Assembly (NCBI GenBank): GCA_038212275.1
Contig: JBBQUR010000011.1
Location: 102,872 to 166,871, forward strand
Reading direction: 5' to 3'
Source: Planctomycetota bacterium
GTDB taxonomy: Bacteria; Planctomycetota; B15-G4
Length of the DNA stretch: 64,000 nucleotides
A model generated the notes under the pieces. That model saw only the letters and a list, made by a program, of their open reading frames with translations, was not told where the DNA came from and made no database searches. The position numbers and the translations under genes are program-made. Positions 28,599 through 38,617 of this stretch are shown one piece after another. How positions within the stretch are numbered: the stretch's first letter is position 1; every line of letters begins with the position of its first letter.

Positions 28599-30194
28599 TC
28601 AGCCGTCGGCGAGCGCCGCTCGGAAGGCCGTGGCCGCGGCGGCTCGCGCCTTGGCGTCCTGCGGGTAGGACTTGCTCGTGCCCAGCGCCGCGCGCGTGGC
28701 GGCGTCGAGGCGGACGCCGAGCAGTTCCCACTGGCGCAGTTCGCGGTAGTTCTCGATCTCCGCGATGAGCGTGAAGATGGCGAGACGCGTGCGGCTGTCG
28801 AACTGCGTCTGCCCGTAGAGCCAGTCCGCCTCCGCCGCCAGCTCCTGCATCTCGAGCACCGGCTCGGCCTCCCACTCGACCAGGCGCGCTGCGAGTTCGG
28901 GGCGCTCGATGTCCGCCAGGAAGTCCTCGACGCTCTGCGCCACCGGCGCGTCCAGCACCTTCGTGCCGAGCACGCGCGCCATGGTGCGCGGCAGAGGCTC
29001 GCCGTCGAGCAGTCCGCTGCGTGCGCGCTGACTCTCGCGGTCCAGCGAACGCAGCAGGCCCGGCTGAGCCGAGGGCTGTCCCGGGGCGTCGGGGCGGCCG
29101 ATGTCGAGCAGCAGGTGCATGACGCAGCGCGCCCAGGCGCGATCGCGCGGCGTGAAGGTCTGCGCGGCGGCCATCGAGGCAAGGCTCACGGGCGCCTCGG
29201 ACTTGAGGTCCGCGACGAGGTCGCTCCAGTATCGCGTGCTGCTCTTGCCGCGCTCGAGCCACGCGTCGCTGGCGATCTTCGATTCGAAGCGCTCCGTGCG
29301 ATTGCCCGGCGGCGGGCCGGTGACCGGCGGCGGCGGATGCCCGCCCTCGGGCACGAAGCCCTCCCACCCGGCACGGGACCAGCCCTTCGTCACCGTCGTC
29401 CAGGAACTGCTCTCGCCGGCGGCCACCCAGGCGCGGCCGTAGGCCTCGATGTCCAGTTCGTCGGTCAGTCCCTGCAGCAGCCACGGCGGCACGGGCCCCG
29501 ACGCGCCGCGATAGAGCATGCGACTGCTCAGCATGAGCGCCATCGAGTAGCCCAGTCCGTGCGCGAACCAATCGGTGTCCTGTTCCGCGATGGCCTGGTG
29601 CGCAAGATTGAAGGCCGCGACCTCCCACGTGCACACGTTGTCTGCGCTGCGCTTGTCGGCGCTCCACACCGGCAGGTCGGGCTTGTAGCCGGAGAAGCCG
29701 CCGTCCTCGCAGCGGTCGAGCAAGGCGACGACCTGATCGAAGGCGGTCTCCTTCTTTGCAGCGCGTGCCGACGTGAGCACGACGGTGAAGCGCTGGCCGC
29801 TGATCAGCCCATGCGCGGCGGCGCCCGACGAGCCGTCCGACGAGCCGTCGTCCGTGCCGCCGCCGGGGAACTCGCGCTCGAGGAGCTTTGCCAGCGGAGC
29901 CAGCCCCTCCAGAGCCTTCGACAGGGCCTTCCTGGCATCCGCCGCCTTCTTCAGCCCGTCCGACTGGCAGACGTAGACATCGAAGGGCCCGGCCTCACCG
30001 TGCAGAAAGAGCGGTCGGGCGAGCACCGCGGCGAACAGCTCGCGCCCGCCGGCGGGCAGCGCCGCGGCGCCGTCCACGTCCGAGAAGGCTGCCGCGACAA
30101 GGGCGTCGGCCGCCTGGTCCCGCGCCGGATCCGCCGCGGCCCGCGCCGACGCGAAGAGGCACAGCAGGACCACGACGATGCGCCACACACTCAT
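28599..30194 (-). CDS. Secreted protein of unknown function, paralog 1 of 3
   Basis: Signal peptide MSVWRIVVVLLCLFASARAAA; shares PPW..QGL.DE.DI.AYG.AWV, GFVP.G..PPPPVTGPP and PRDRA.ARC with the genes at 45328 and 52493. Confidence 0.88.
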   Translation of the reverse strand: MSVWRIVVVLLCLFASARAAADPARDQAADALVAAAFSDVDGAAALPAGGRELFAAVLARPLFLHGEAGPFDVYVCQSDGLKKAADARKALSKALEGLAPLAKLLEREFPGGGTDDGSSDGSSGAAAHGLISGQRFTVVLTSARAAKKETAFDQVVALLDRCEDGGFSGYKPDLPVWSADKRSADNVCTWEVAAFNLAHQAIAEQDTDWFAHGLGYSMALMLSSRMLYRGASGPVPPWLLQGLTDELDIEAYGRAWVAAGESSSWTTVTKGWSRAGWEGFVPEGGHPPPPVTGPPPGNRTERFESKIASDAWLERGKSSTRYWSDLVADLKSEAPVSLASMAAAQTFTPRDRAWARCVMHLLLDIGRPDAPGQPSAQPGLLRSLDRESQRARSGLLDGEPLPRTMARVLGTKVLDAPVAQSVEDFLADIERPELAARLVEWEAEPVLEMQELAAEADWLYGQTQFDSRTRLAIFTLIAEIENYRELRQWELLGVRLDAATRAALGTSKSYPQDAKARAAAATAFRAALADG

Positions 30195-30515
30195 GCTTGT
30201 CTCCCGACGGCGTCCCCGCGCGACCACGACCGACACGCCACGTCGCTACCAGCTCGACGAGCGCACCGTTCGCTTCCACATCGAGTCGAAGCGCCTCGAA
30301 CGGTCACGGCGTGGTAGCGGGCCACCGCGCCGAGGTTGCAGCGCCGCCTCAAACGAGCCAAAGCGGCACCGGATCCCTTCAGCGGACGCTCCGGTCGGCT
30401 CCGCGAACCGGTCGGCTCCGCGGAGAGTGAGGAGCCCGAACCGGCGCCGCAGGCCCTCATGGTGGGTCCCGGCGCGAGTCGATAGCCCCCCGTCGGATCG
30501 TGCCGCGTCCCCTGA

Positions 30516-30524
30516 TGGTAGACT
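30516..30524 (+). promoter_or_regulatory. Putative extended -10 element (TGG-TAGACT) for the radical SAM gene
   Basis: TGnTAnnnT about 105 bp upstream of ATG 30629; TAGACT recurs before several genes in this window. Confidence 0.4.
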
Positions 30525-30628
30525 TCGACGCCTTTCTCGCGCAGCCCCCGCGTGCACTCTCTTCGGCCGCCACGCCACCTCGGGCACGGAGGGGCTTCGG
30601 CACGAACACGGGCACGGTAACGAGCACC

Positions 30629-32176
30629 ATGAAGTCCAAAAAAATCGTCATGTACCTGCCGTACCGCGGCGACCCTGGAAAGGGCGAGCTCGTCTCGGCC
30701 GATCTGCTCCCGCTGGAGCTCATGCAGATCGCGGGCGTGGCCCTGCAGCGCGGCTGGCAAGTCGAGCTCATCGACGCGATCGTCGAGGAGAACCCGCATG
30801 AGCGCGTGCTGCAGGCCTGCGCGGATGCCGCCATTTTCTGCAGCTCGTGCATCCTCGGCTACCAGGTCTTCGACGGCGTGCTGGTCAGCAACATGGTGCG
30901 CGAGAAGTATGCGCACCTGCCCATCTGGTGGGGTGGTTGGTTCCCGTCGGCGGTGCCGGAGCTCTTTCTCAACGGCGCGGCCGCGGACGCCGTGTGCATC
31001 GGCCAGGGCGAGGTCACCTTCGGCGAGATGCTCGACGCCTTCGAGGCGCATGTGCCCCTCGACGGCATCCATGGCCTCGCGCTGCTGCGCGACGACCACA
31101 TCGTCTTCACGCCGCGACGTCCGGTGGTGGGCTTCGAAGGCATCCCCCGAGCCCCCTTCGAACTCCTCGACCTGCAGCGCTACTACGCCGAACAGCGCCG
31201 GCAGTGCGCGATCGAGTCTTCGCCCAACGGGCGCGGCATCCGCCACCGCTTCTCCGATCCGCCGGGCAGGTCGTCCTACCCCGCCATCAGCTACCACAGC
31301 AGCTTCGGCTGCCCCGAGCCGTGCACCTTCTGCAACTCGCCGGGGCTCACCGAGCGCCGCTGGAAGATGCTCTCCGCGGAGGCGCTCCTCGATCACATCG
31401 AGGAGATCAAGCTGAAGGACCCGTTCTCGGGCCTGCGCTTTCAGGACGCGAACTTCGGAGTCAGCGAGAAGCGCACCAACGCCTTCAGCAAGGGACTCAT
31501 CGAGCGCAACCTCAACATCACGTGGAACACCACGATAGAGATCAAGCAGATCAACCAGTACAGCGAGGAGACGATGGACCTGCTCCGCGACTCGGGGCTG
31601 CACATCGTGACCACCGGCATCGAGGCCGCGAGCTGGGAGATGCAGCAGGCCATCGGCAAGCGCATCAAGCCGGGCGAGGCCCTGCGCGCCATCGAGCGCA
31701 TGGACAGCCGCGGCATCATCTCGGGCTGCAGCTACATCATCGGCTACCCGGGCGAGAGCGAGGAGTCGATGCGTGCCACGCTGGCCGAGGCGCGGACGAT
31801 CAAGAACACCTTCAAAGTCGCGTCCGTCGACGTCTTCCCGTACCGCCCGATCCCGGGCGCGCACCTCTGGCAGGACGCGCTGGACAAGGGCTACGAGGCG
31901 CCGACCACGGCTGCCGCCTGGGGCAGCATGTTCGAATACAAGGTCGACAGCTGGAAGGGCGCGATCCCGGAAAGCGTGCATCGCGACTGGTCCGTCTTCA
32001 ACTTCCTCGCACCATGGGTCGACGGCCACGTGCGCTGCAGCCCGCTCATGAAGAAGGTGCTCGGCGGCTCGGCGCGCTGGCGGATGAAGACCGGCTTCTT
32101 CACGATGCCGTACGAGTTCAAGGCCTATCACCACGCGCGCCAGCTCGTCGACAAGCTCTGGACCTCGCGGACCTGA
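30629..32176 (+). CDS. Cobalamin-binding radical SAM protein
   Basis: N-terminal B12-binding-type region (LLPLELMQIAG...VELIDA, WGGWFPS, DAVCIGQGE); GCPEPCTFC (CxxxCxxC); FQDANF; GIEAAS; YIIGYPGE. Confidence 0.92.
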   Translation: MKSKKIVMYLPYRGDPGKGELVSADLLPLELMQIAGVALQRGWQVELIDAIVEENPHERVLQACADAAIFCSSCILGYQVFDGVLVSNMVREKYAHLPIWWGGWFPSAVPELFLNGAAADAVCIGQGEVTFGEMLDAFEAHVPLDGIHGLALLRDDHIVFTPRRPVVGFEGIPRAPFELLDLQRYYAEQRRQCAIESSPNGRGIRHRFSDPPGRSSYPAISYHSSFGCPEPCTFCNSPGLTERRWKMLSAEALLDHIEEIKLKDPFSGLRFQDANFGVSEKRTNAFSKGLIERNLNITWNTTIEIKQINQYSEETMDLLRDSGLHIVTTGIEAASWEMQQAIGKRIKPGEALRAIERMDSRGIISGCSYIIGYPGESEESMRATLAEARTIKNTFKVASVDVFPYRPIPGAHLWQDALDKGYEAPTTAAAWGSMFEYKVDSWKGAIPESVHRDWSVFNFLAPWVDGHVRCSPLMKKVLGGSARWRMKTGFFTMPYEFKAYHHARQLVDKLWTSRT

Positions 32177-32212
32177 CGATCCCCGCGGACCCGCCCGCGC
32201 GGATCACGCGAT

Positions 32213-32908
32213 CTACGGCGTGAGCCGGTAGCCGCTCCCGCGCACGGTGTGGATGTACCGCGGCTCGCGCGGATCCGCTTCGAGGATGCGGCGCAGGCGC
32301 ACGATGAAATTGTCCACCGTGCGCGAGGTCGGAAAGGCGTCGTAGCCCCAGACGCGGTCCAGGATCTCGGCGCGCGAGACGACCTCGCCCGGCCGCTCCG
32401 CGAGACAGCGCAGGATCATCGTCTCCTTGGGAGACAGCTCGTAGTTGCGTTCCCCCACCTGAGCGCGGTTCGTGCGGAAGTCCACGGACGCCTTGCCCAG
32501 GGTCAGCGTCTCGCCGGCTGGCGACGGGCTGCGGAACCATTCGGTGCGGCGCAGGATCGCCCGCACGCGCAGGATGAGTTCCTTCAGTTCGAAGGGCTTG
32601 GAAAGATAGTCATCGCCGCCCAGCGCGAGGCCGCGCACGCGGTCGTCGGACGAGGCCCGCGCCGTGAGGAAGAGGATCGGCACGTCGTTGCCTTCCTTGC
32701 GCAGCGCATCGCACACGGCGAAGCCGTCCATGCGCGGGAGCATGACGTCCAGCAGCACGAGGTCGGGCCGGCTGGCGCGGATGGCCTCCAGGGCGGTGGC
32801 GCCGTCGGCCACGACGTCCACGCGCCAGCCCTCGAGCCGGAGGTTGTCCGAGATCACCTCGGAGAGGTGCGCCTCGTCCTCCACCACCAGCAGGCGTTCA
32901 TGACTCAT
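32213..32908 (-). CDS. OmpR/PhoB family response regulator
   Basis: LLVVEDE, LLDVMLP, FLTAR, DDYLSKPF; winged-helix RTVDNFIVRLR...TVRGSGY; ATGA overlap with the kinase. Confidence 0.95.
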   Translation of the reverse strand: MSHERLLVVEDEAHLSEVISDNLRLEGWRVDVVADGATALEAIRASRPDLVLLDVMLPRMDGFAVCDALRKEGNDVPILFLTARASSDDRVRGLALGGDDYLSKPFELKELILRVRAILRRTEWFRSPSPAGETLTLGKASVDFRTNRAQVGERNYELSPKETMILRCLAERPGEVVSRAEILDRVWGYDAFPTSRTVDNFIVRLRRILEADPREPRYIHTVRGSGYRLTP

Positions 32909-33924
32909 CGCGCACCATCCCCGTTCGTTGCCGCGTTGTCCTCGCTGCGCGCCGCACCCTCGTGGCGCGCGAGCGGCAGCGACACCTCGAAGACTGCGCC
33001 GCCGCCGGGCGCGTCCTCGGCCGTGATGCGGCCGCCCTGCGCGGCCACCAGCTCGCGCACGATGTAGAGCCCGAGGCCCACGCCCTGCTGCGTGCGCACG
33101 CTCTCGTCGCCGCCCCGCACGAAGGCCTCGAAGATGCGCCGCCTGTCGGCGCCGGCCAGGCCCTTGCCGTGGTCGCGCACCTGCAGCACGGCGCGATCGC
33201 CCGCCGCGCGCAGGATCAGTTCGACGTGCGCGTGCTCGCCGCCGTACTTCACGCCGTTGCTGACGAGGTTGTCCACGATCGTGTCGATGGAGGAAGCGTC
33301 CGCGAGCGCCGTCACCGCCTCGCCCGCGAGCAGCTCGATGCGCGCGCCGCGCGGACCGTGGCGCTCCCGGAGCCTTTCGAGCTGCGGCTCCAGCAGCGAG
33401 CGCAGCTCCAGCACCTCGGGGCGCACCTCGACGCGCGCGTCCTGCAGGCGCCGGCTCACGAGCATGTCCTCGACGATGTGCGCCAGGCGCTGCAGGTCTT
33501 CGTGCGCGTGGCGCAGGTAGCGCTCGGTCTTCGCGGGCTCCACGCGCCCCAGCTGCAGGCTCTCGATGTAGAGCTTGGCGGAGGCGATGGGCGAGCGCAG
33601 CTCGTGCGTCACCGCGGAGAGGAAGTTGCGCTGCTGCTGCGCGAGCAGCGTCTCGCGGCGCAGGGCGCGCAGCACCAGCCACACCGAGCCCAGCATGAGC
33701 AGCCCGAGGAAGGTGCTCTCCGCGAGGAACATCTTGCCCGTGCGCGCGGTGACGAGCTCCAGCGTGGCGGCCTGCTCGGCCGTGAGCGCCGCACCGGCGC
33801 GCTGCATGTCGCGCACGAGCCAGGTGCCCTCGTTCGTGAGGAACGTGACCCACCAGCCCATGAGCGCCGCGTACAGCACCACGATGACGATGTAGACCTG
33901 CAGCGGCCGGTGCAGCGACTTCAC
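32905..33924 (-). CDS. Sensor histidine kinase
   Basis: Two TM helices; H-box VTHELRSP; NLVSNGVKY; DHGKG; GLGLYIV; GTG start overlapping the hemL stop. Confidence 0.94.
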   Translation of the reverse strand: MKSLHRPLQVYIVIVVLYAALMGWWVTFLTNEGTWLVRDMQRAGAALTAEQAATLELVTARTGKMFLAESTFLGLLMLGSVWLVLRALRRETLLAQQQRNFLSAVTHELRSPIASAKLYIESLQLGRVEPAKTERYLRHAHEDLQRLAHIVEDMLVSRRLQDARVEVRPEVLELRSLLEPQLERLRERHGPRGARIELLAGEAVTALADASSIDTIVDNLVSNGVKYGGEHAHVELILRAAGDRAVLQVRDHGKGLAGADRRRIFEAFVRGGDESVRTQQGVGLGLYIVRELVAAQGGRITAEDAPGGGAVFEVSLPLARHEGAARSEDNAATNGDGAR

Positions 33925-35237
33925 GAGCCGGAGCCGTCGCGCGTCGCGCCGTGCCGCGCGGCGACCTCGCCCAGCGCGACGTCGATGACGGCCAGCGCGC
34001 AGTCCAGCACGCTGTCATCGTGTGCAAGCGACACGAAGGAGACCTCGTACGCGGACGGCGCAAGCCACACGCCATGCTCCAGCGCGTGGCGGAACAGCGT
34101 GGCGTAGCACGCCGCACTCTCCGGACCGATGGCGTCGAAGCGGCGCGGCGCGCTGCCGTCCTGCAGGCAGCACCACGTCACGGAACCGACGCGCGCCACG
34201 CTGCCCGGCACGCCGCGCGCGGCGAGCGAGGCCTCCCAGCCGCGCTGCCAGCGCGCGCCAAGTGCCTCGAGCCTCGCGTAGGTGCCCGGCTTCGCCAGCT
34301 CGTCCAGCGTGGCGATGCCCGCCGCCATCGCCACGGGATTTCCGGACAGCGTGCCCGCCTGGTAGACGGGCCCGAGCGGCGCGACGCGATCCATGAGATC
34401 GCCGGCGCCCATGTACGCTCCCACCGGCATGCCGCCACCGACGATCTTGCCCACGGTGACGAGGTCCGGCGTGATGCCGGTGAGTTCCGTCATCCCGCCG
34501 GGTGCAACGCGGAAGCCCGAGATGACCTCGTCGAAGAGCAGCAGCGCGCCGCTCGCCGTGCACAGCTCGCGCAGGCGGCGCAGGAACTCCGGGCGCTGCA
34601 CGAGCAGCCCCGCATTGGCGGGCAGCGGCTCGATGACCGCGACGGCAAGCTGCCGGCCGCGCTCCGCGAAATACGCCGCCAGCGCCGCGTCGTCGTCCAG
34701 CGGCAGCACGTCGGTGAGCGCCGTGAACTCCGCGGGCACGCCGGCCGAGCTGGGCGTGCCGAAGGTGGCGAGACCCGAGCCGCCCTTCACCAGCAGCGCA
34801 TCCGCGTGGCCGTGGTAGCAGCCGTCGAACTTGAGGATGCGCGAGCGGCCCGTCGCGCCGCGCGCCAGCCGCACCGCGCTCATGACGGCCTCGGTGCCGC
34901 TGCTCGTGAAGCGCACCTTGCCCGCAAACGGGAAGCGAGCCAGCACGCGTTCGGCCAGCTCCACTTCCGCGGCGCAGGTCGCACCGAAACTCAGGCCGTC
35001 GCGCGCCGCACGCGTCACGGCTTCCACCACCGCCGGGTGCGCGTGGCCGAGGATCAGCGGCCCCCACGAGCCGACGAAGTCCAGGTATGCGTGGCCCTCG
35101 CTGTCCACCAGCGTGGCGCCGTGACCGCGCGCCACGAAGGGCGGGTCGCCGCCGACGGAGCGGAAGGCCCGCACCGGCGAGGAGACGCCGCCGGGCATCG
35201 CGCGTCGCGCGCGGGCAAGCAGTTCGCGATCGGTCAT
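33921..35237 (-). CDS. hemL: Glutamate-1-semialdehyde 2,1-aminomutase
   Basis: MPGGVSSPVRAF, SWGPLILGH, SSGTEA, GCYHGH, FDEVISGFR, GKIVGGGMPVG, QAGTLSGNP. Confidence 0.97.
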   Translation of the reverse strand: MTDRELLARARRAMPGGVSSPVRAFRSVGGDPPFVARGHGATLVDSEGHAYLDFVGSWGPLILGHAHPAVVEAVTRAARDGLSFGATCAAEVELAERVLARFPFAGKVRFTSSGTEAVMSAVRLARGATGRSRILKFDGCYHGHADALLVKGGSGLATFGTPSSAGVPAEFTALTDVLPLDDDAALAAYFAERGRQLAVAVIEPLPANAGLLVQRPEFLRRLRELCTASGALLLFDEVISGFRVAPGGMTELTGITPDLVTVGKIVGGGMPVGAYMGAGDLMDRVAPLGPVYQAGTLSGNPVAMAAGIATLDELAKPGTYARLEALGARWQRGWEASLAARGVPGSVARVGSVTWCCLQDGSAPRRFDAIGPESAACYATLFRHALEHGVWLAPSAYEVSFVSLAHDDSVLDCALAVIDVALGEVAARHGATRDGSGS

Positions 35238-35274
35238 GCGGCACGACCTATAGCGTGCCGGGCGCGAGGCGCGC

Positions 35275-36393
35275 TCACCGGATCCATCCCTTCGCCAACG
35301 CCTCGCGGGCGTGGTAGGTGATGATCAGGTCGGCGCCGGCGCGCGCCATGCCCGTGAGGATTTCCGGCACCATGCGCGCCTCGTCCACCCAGCCGCGCGC
35401 GGCGGCGGCCTTCACCATGCTGTATTCGCCGGAGACGTTGTAGGCGGCGAGCGGGAGCAGGCTGTGCGCGCGCACGTCGGCGATCACGTCGAGGTAGGCC
35501 AGCGCGGGCTTCACCATGAGCATGTCCGCGCCTTCGTCCACGTCGACGAGGCTCTCGCGCAGCGCCTCGCGGCGGTTGCGGCCGTCGGCCTGATAGCTCT
35601 TGCGATCGCCGCTCTTCGGTGCGCTGTCGGCCGCTTCGCGGAACGGGCCGTAGAACGCCGACGCGAACTTCGTGCTGTAGGAGAGCAGCGCGGTGTCGGG
35701 CCGCCCCGCCGCGTCGAGCGCCGCGCGGATGGCCAGCACGCGGCCGTCCATCATGTCCGAGGGCGCGACGACGTCCGCGCCGGCCTCCGCGTGCGCCACG
35801 GCCATCGCCGCCAGCAGCAGCAGGCTCTCGTCGTTGAGCACGGTGTCGCCGTGCAGCACGCCGCAATGGCCGTGGTCCATCGCGCCGCACAGGCACACGT
35901 CGGTCACGACGACGAGCGTGTCGCCGTAAGCATCCTTCAGCGCCGCGACCGCGCGCGGAATGAGGCCGTCGCTCGCGGTGGCCGCCGACGCGCGGCCGTC
36001 CTTGCGCTCCGTGAGCCCGAAGAGCAGCACCGAGTCGATGCCCAGCTCGCGGTCCGCACCGACCTGTTCGACGAGCCGCTTGATCGAGTGCCGCGCGATG
36101 CCGGGCATCGCGTCGATGGGCACGTCCTTGCCCGCGCCCTCGATGACGAAGTGCGGCTGGATGAGCCGCGACGCGTGCAGCCGCGTCTGCGCGACGGCCT
36201 CGCGCAGCGCCGCGGTGCGCCGCAGCCGGCGCGTGCGGACGAAGCTCGGCGCGCTGGCCGACGGGGCCTGCGGAGCAGCGTGCGTCGCGACAGCTCGCTT
36301 CGCGGCAGCGGGCTTGGCAGCAGCACGCATGCCGGCAGCCTTCGCGATGGCCGCGGGCGCGGCATGGGACTTGGTCTTGCGGGATCGGGCCAT
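35275..36393 (-). CDS. hemB: Porphobilinogen synthase (ALA dehydratase), Zn-Cys type, with Ala/Lys-rich N-terminal extension
   Basis: RTRRLRR, DVCLCGAMDHGHCG, APSDMMDGRV, SAFYGPFREA, MVKPALAYLD, YNVSGEYSM. Start is ATG 36393 or 36402. Confidence 0.96.
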   Translation of the reverse strand: MARSRKTKSHAAPAAIAKAAGMRAAAKPAAAKRAVATHAAPQAPSASAPSFVRTRRLRRTAALREAVAQTRLHASRLIQPHFVIEGAGKDVPIDAMPGIARHSIKRLVEQVGADRELGIDSVLLFGLTERKDGRASAATASDGLIPRAVAALKDAYGDTLVVVTDVCLCGAMDHGHCGVLHGDTVLNDESLLLLAAMAVAHAEAGADVVAPSDMMDGRVLAIRAALDAAGRPDTALLSYSTKFASAFYGPFREAADSAPKSGDRKSYQADGRNRREALRESLVDVDEGADMLMVKPALAYLDVIADVRAHSLLPLAAYNVSGEYSMVKAAAARGWVDEARMVPEILTGMARAGADLIITYHAREALAKGWIR

Positions 36394-36753
36394 GGCAGTC
36401 ATCCAGGACCCGCGCGCGCGGCGCGGGCAGTCGTAATCAGGCGGGAGCGGGCGTTGCAGTCTCCGAGCGTGCCGCATCGGCCTGCATCCGGACAAGACCG
36501 GACTGCGCCAGCACGCAGGGAAGACCCTGCATTGACGCATGCGTCAGTCGCGTTCCGCGCTTTCCTTCGAGAACGGTTTCTCTGGTGCCTCCACACGGTC
36601 TCTCGAATCTCATCGCACATCCTTGCATTTGGGCCCGTGACGGAAATTCTGCTGGTCGGCTTCGCTGATCGGGATTAGCCTCCTGCCATCGGGAGTGGTG
36701 CAGCGGTTGGAGAAGGCTCCAAGGCAGCTTGAGTTCCATACAGGGGGATAGTC

Positions 36754-38617
36754 ATGAACAAGATGAACAGGTTTCAGCAAGTGTCAGGCTCGCTGGTGAT
36801 TCTGATGGCGGTCGGGAGCGCGCGCGCGCTTCAAACTCCAGACCCTGAACCGCCCATCATCGACTGCTTCCCTCAGACGGACGGGCAGTGGGCGGGTCCG
36901 TGGAGTCTCGAAGCCGAGATCAATCCTCCGGGCGACTTCCTGTGGAACGAGATCGCTCACTGTCTCGTTCTACCCCCCCCCCAACAACGGCAGAGTCGTG
37001 TTCCTGTGCCAACGCAAGGGCAATGATCCGCCAGGCTGCACCTTCATGCCCGCTGAAGCCTTTCTCTGGAACCCGACCGATCCGTCCAATGTCGAATTGA
37101 CGATTACGATTCCGCAGGCTGTGCCTGGACAAGACGATCCATTCTGCAGCGGGCACGCCTGGACGAGTGATGGCAAGGCACTGATCGTCGGCGGCACGAA
37201 TCTTGTCGCCGACTGCAGCGACGGCCCGGAGCCGGACAAGCCCTGGGGCCACACTCGGGTCTGGGTCTTCGACAACGCCGCCTACGTTGCGGGCGTCAGT
37301 GCCCCGGGATTTCTCCCGGCGACCTCCTTCAGCCGGGAGCGATGGTATCCGACACTCACGCAGACGGGTGATGACCGCCGTGTGCTCACCGGTCACATCG
37401 GATATCCGGACTACTCGACGCCCACCGGGCAGACGCGCGAATATGGTTCGTGGAGCGCCGCGCTTCAGGACATCACATGGGCGAGTACTTCCGCTCACTT
37501 CATCAATTACCGAGTTCCCTCGGGAGGCTGCGATCCCCTTGGAGGCTCCCTGACGCTCGGGGATTTCCCGAGAGTCCATCAGCTGGCAAGCCATGCGCTC
37601 ATCAATGTGCGCAATCGCGGCCAGGTGCTGGACTTCAACGCCTGCCCCGGACCCGAGAATGAGCGCTGGCTGGACTTGAACTTTGCTGCACCCCAGCCAC
37701 AGTCGGAGAGCAACAACACCGCGCACTACGTCGATCTTCGTGGTACGCCAGTCAACTCGATCAAGGAGTGGATCGTCTCCATTGCCGGCGCGAACATCGA
37801 GGCCGGCTGTGAACCGAAACTTCCGGAGGATCCGGAGCTGCTCATTTCCGACCAGGTCGTGGTGATGCAGGATCCCGTCCCCGGCAAAGCATGGACCTCG
37901 CTGCCGTCACTCAACAAGGCCCGCACCGAAGCGAACACCGTCGTCACGCTCAGCGGCGAGATGGTCGTCGTGGGCGGATATGCCACTGAGCAGGTGCTCG
38001 ATCAGCTGGGCCAACTCGTCACGGTGTCTTCACCCCGCAAACGCCCCGAACTGTTCCGGCCGGGATTTTTGTTCGGCGGGACGCTGGCCTCCACGGCATG
38101 GAAGGACCTATGCCCGCAGCAGCACGACCGCGCCTACCACTCCGTCGCTGCACTGATGCAAGACGGCCGCATTCTCTCGGCAGGCGGTGACTATCCTTGT
38201 GATTCGGGGCTTCTCGACAATGGATACGAGACCGTTGAGCTGTTCAGCCCGCCGAGTCTGTTTGGCGGGTCGCGGCCGAGGATACAGAGCTTGTCTGAGT
38301 CGATTCTCCATTACGGAAATTCGACTCCCTTGACCATCAACGTGCTGTTGCAGGGTGGAAACACGGGTGAGTTTCGCGTGGCCATGCTTCGTGCCGGGTC
38401 GGTGACGCACGCTTTTGACTGCAATCAGCGCTACGTCGTGCTCGACACCGATGCAGTGACGAGTCACTTCGCCGAGTCGCCCGCTGTCTCGACTCTTGTT
38501 GTCCACAAGCCTTCGCAGCTTCAGCAGGATGCTGCCCCGCCAGGATACTACATGCTCACCGTCGTCAACTCAGCCGGCCGTGCAGCCAGTGCAAAGTGGA
38601 TACAGATCCTTCCATGA
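36754..38617 (+). pseudogene. Secreted copper radical oxidase (galactose/glyoxal oxidase-like, Kelch plus DUF1929-like), split by a +1 frameshift in a C10 tract (phase-variable, pseudogene or read error)
   Basis: ORF 36754..37026 carries the signal peptide. Removing one C from 36973-36982 joins it in frame to ORF 36998..38617 as HCLVLPPPNNGRVVF. Motifs FCSGH, RWYPT, RAYHS, DGRILSAGG, SVTHAFDCNQR. Confidence 0.85.
36973..36982. repeat. Homopolymer C10 at the frameshift site
   Basis: CTA-CCCCCCCCCC-AACAAC read directly. Confidence 0.95.

Noticed and set aside
30230..30340. c-di-GMP-II riboswitch suggested by GAGCTGGTAGCG on the minus strand
   Set aside because: The following GCAACC element and the GGGCAC pseudoknot partner are not in the required positions; kept only as an unassigned structure.
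23089..32176. RiPP cluster made of the Cys-rich peptide and the B12-radical SAM enzyme
   Set aside because: The genes are 7 kb apart on opposite strands with unrelated genes between; the peptide has a lipobox rather than a leader, and I see no SPASM or RRE features.
32213..34117. 634-aa ORF suggesting an extended response regulator
   Set aside because: The N-terminal part overlaps the histidine kinase in another frame; the receiver domain begins at 32908 with an ATGA overlap.
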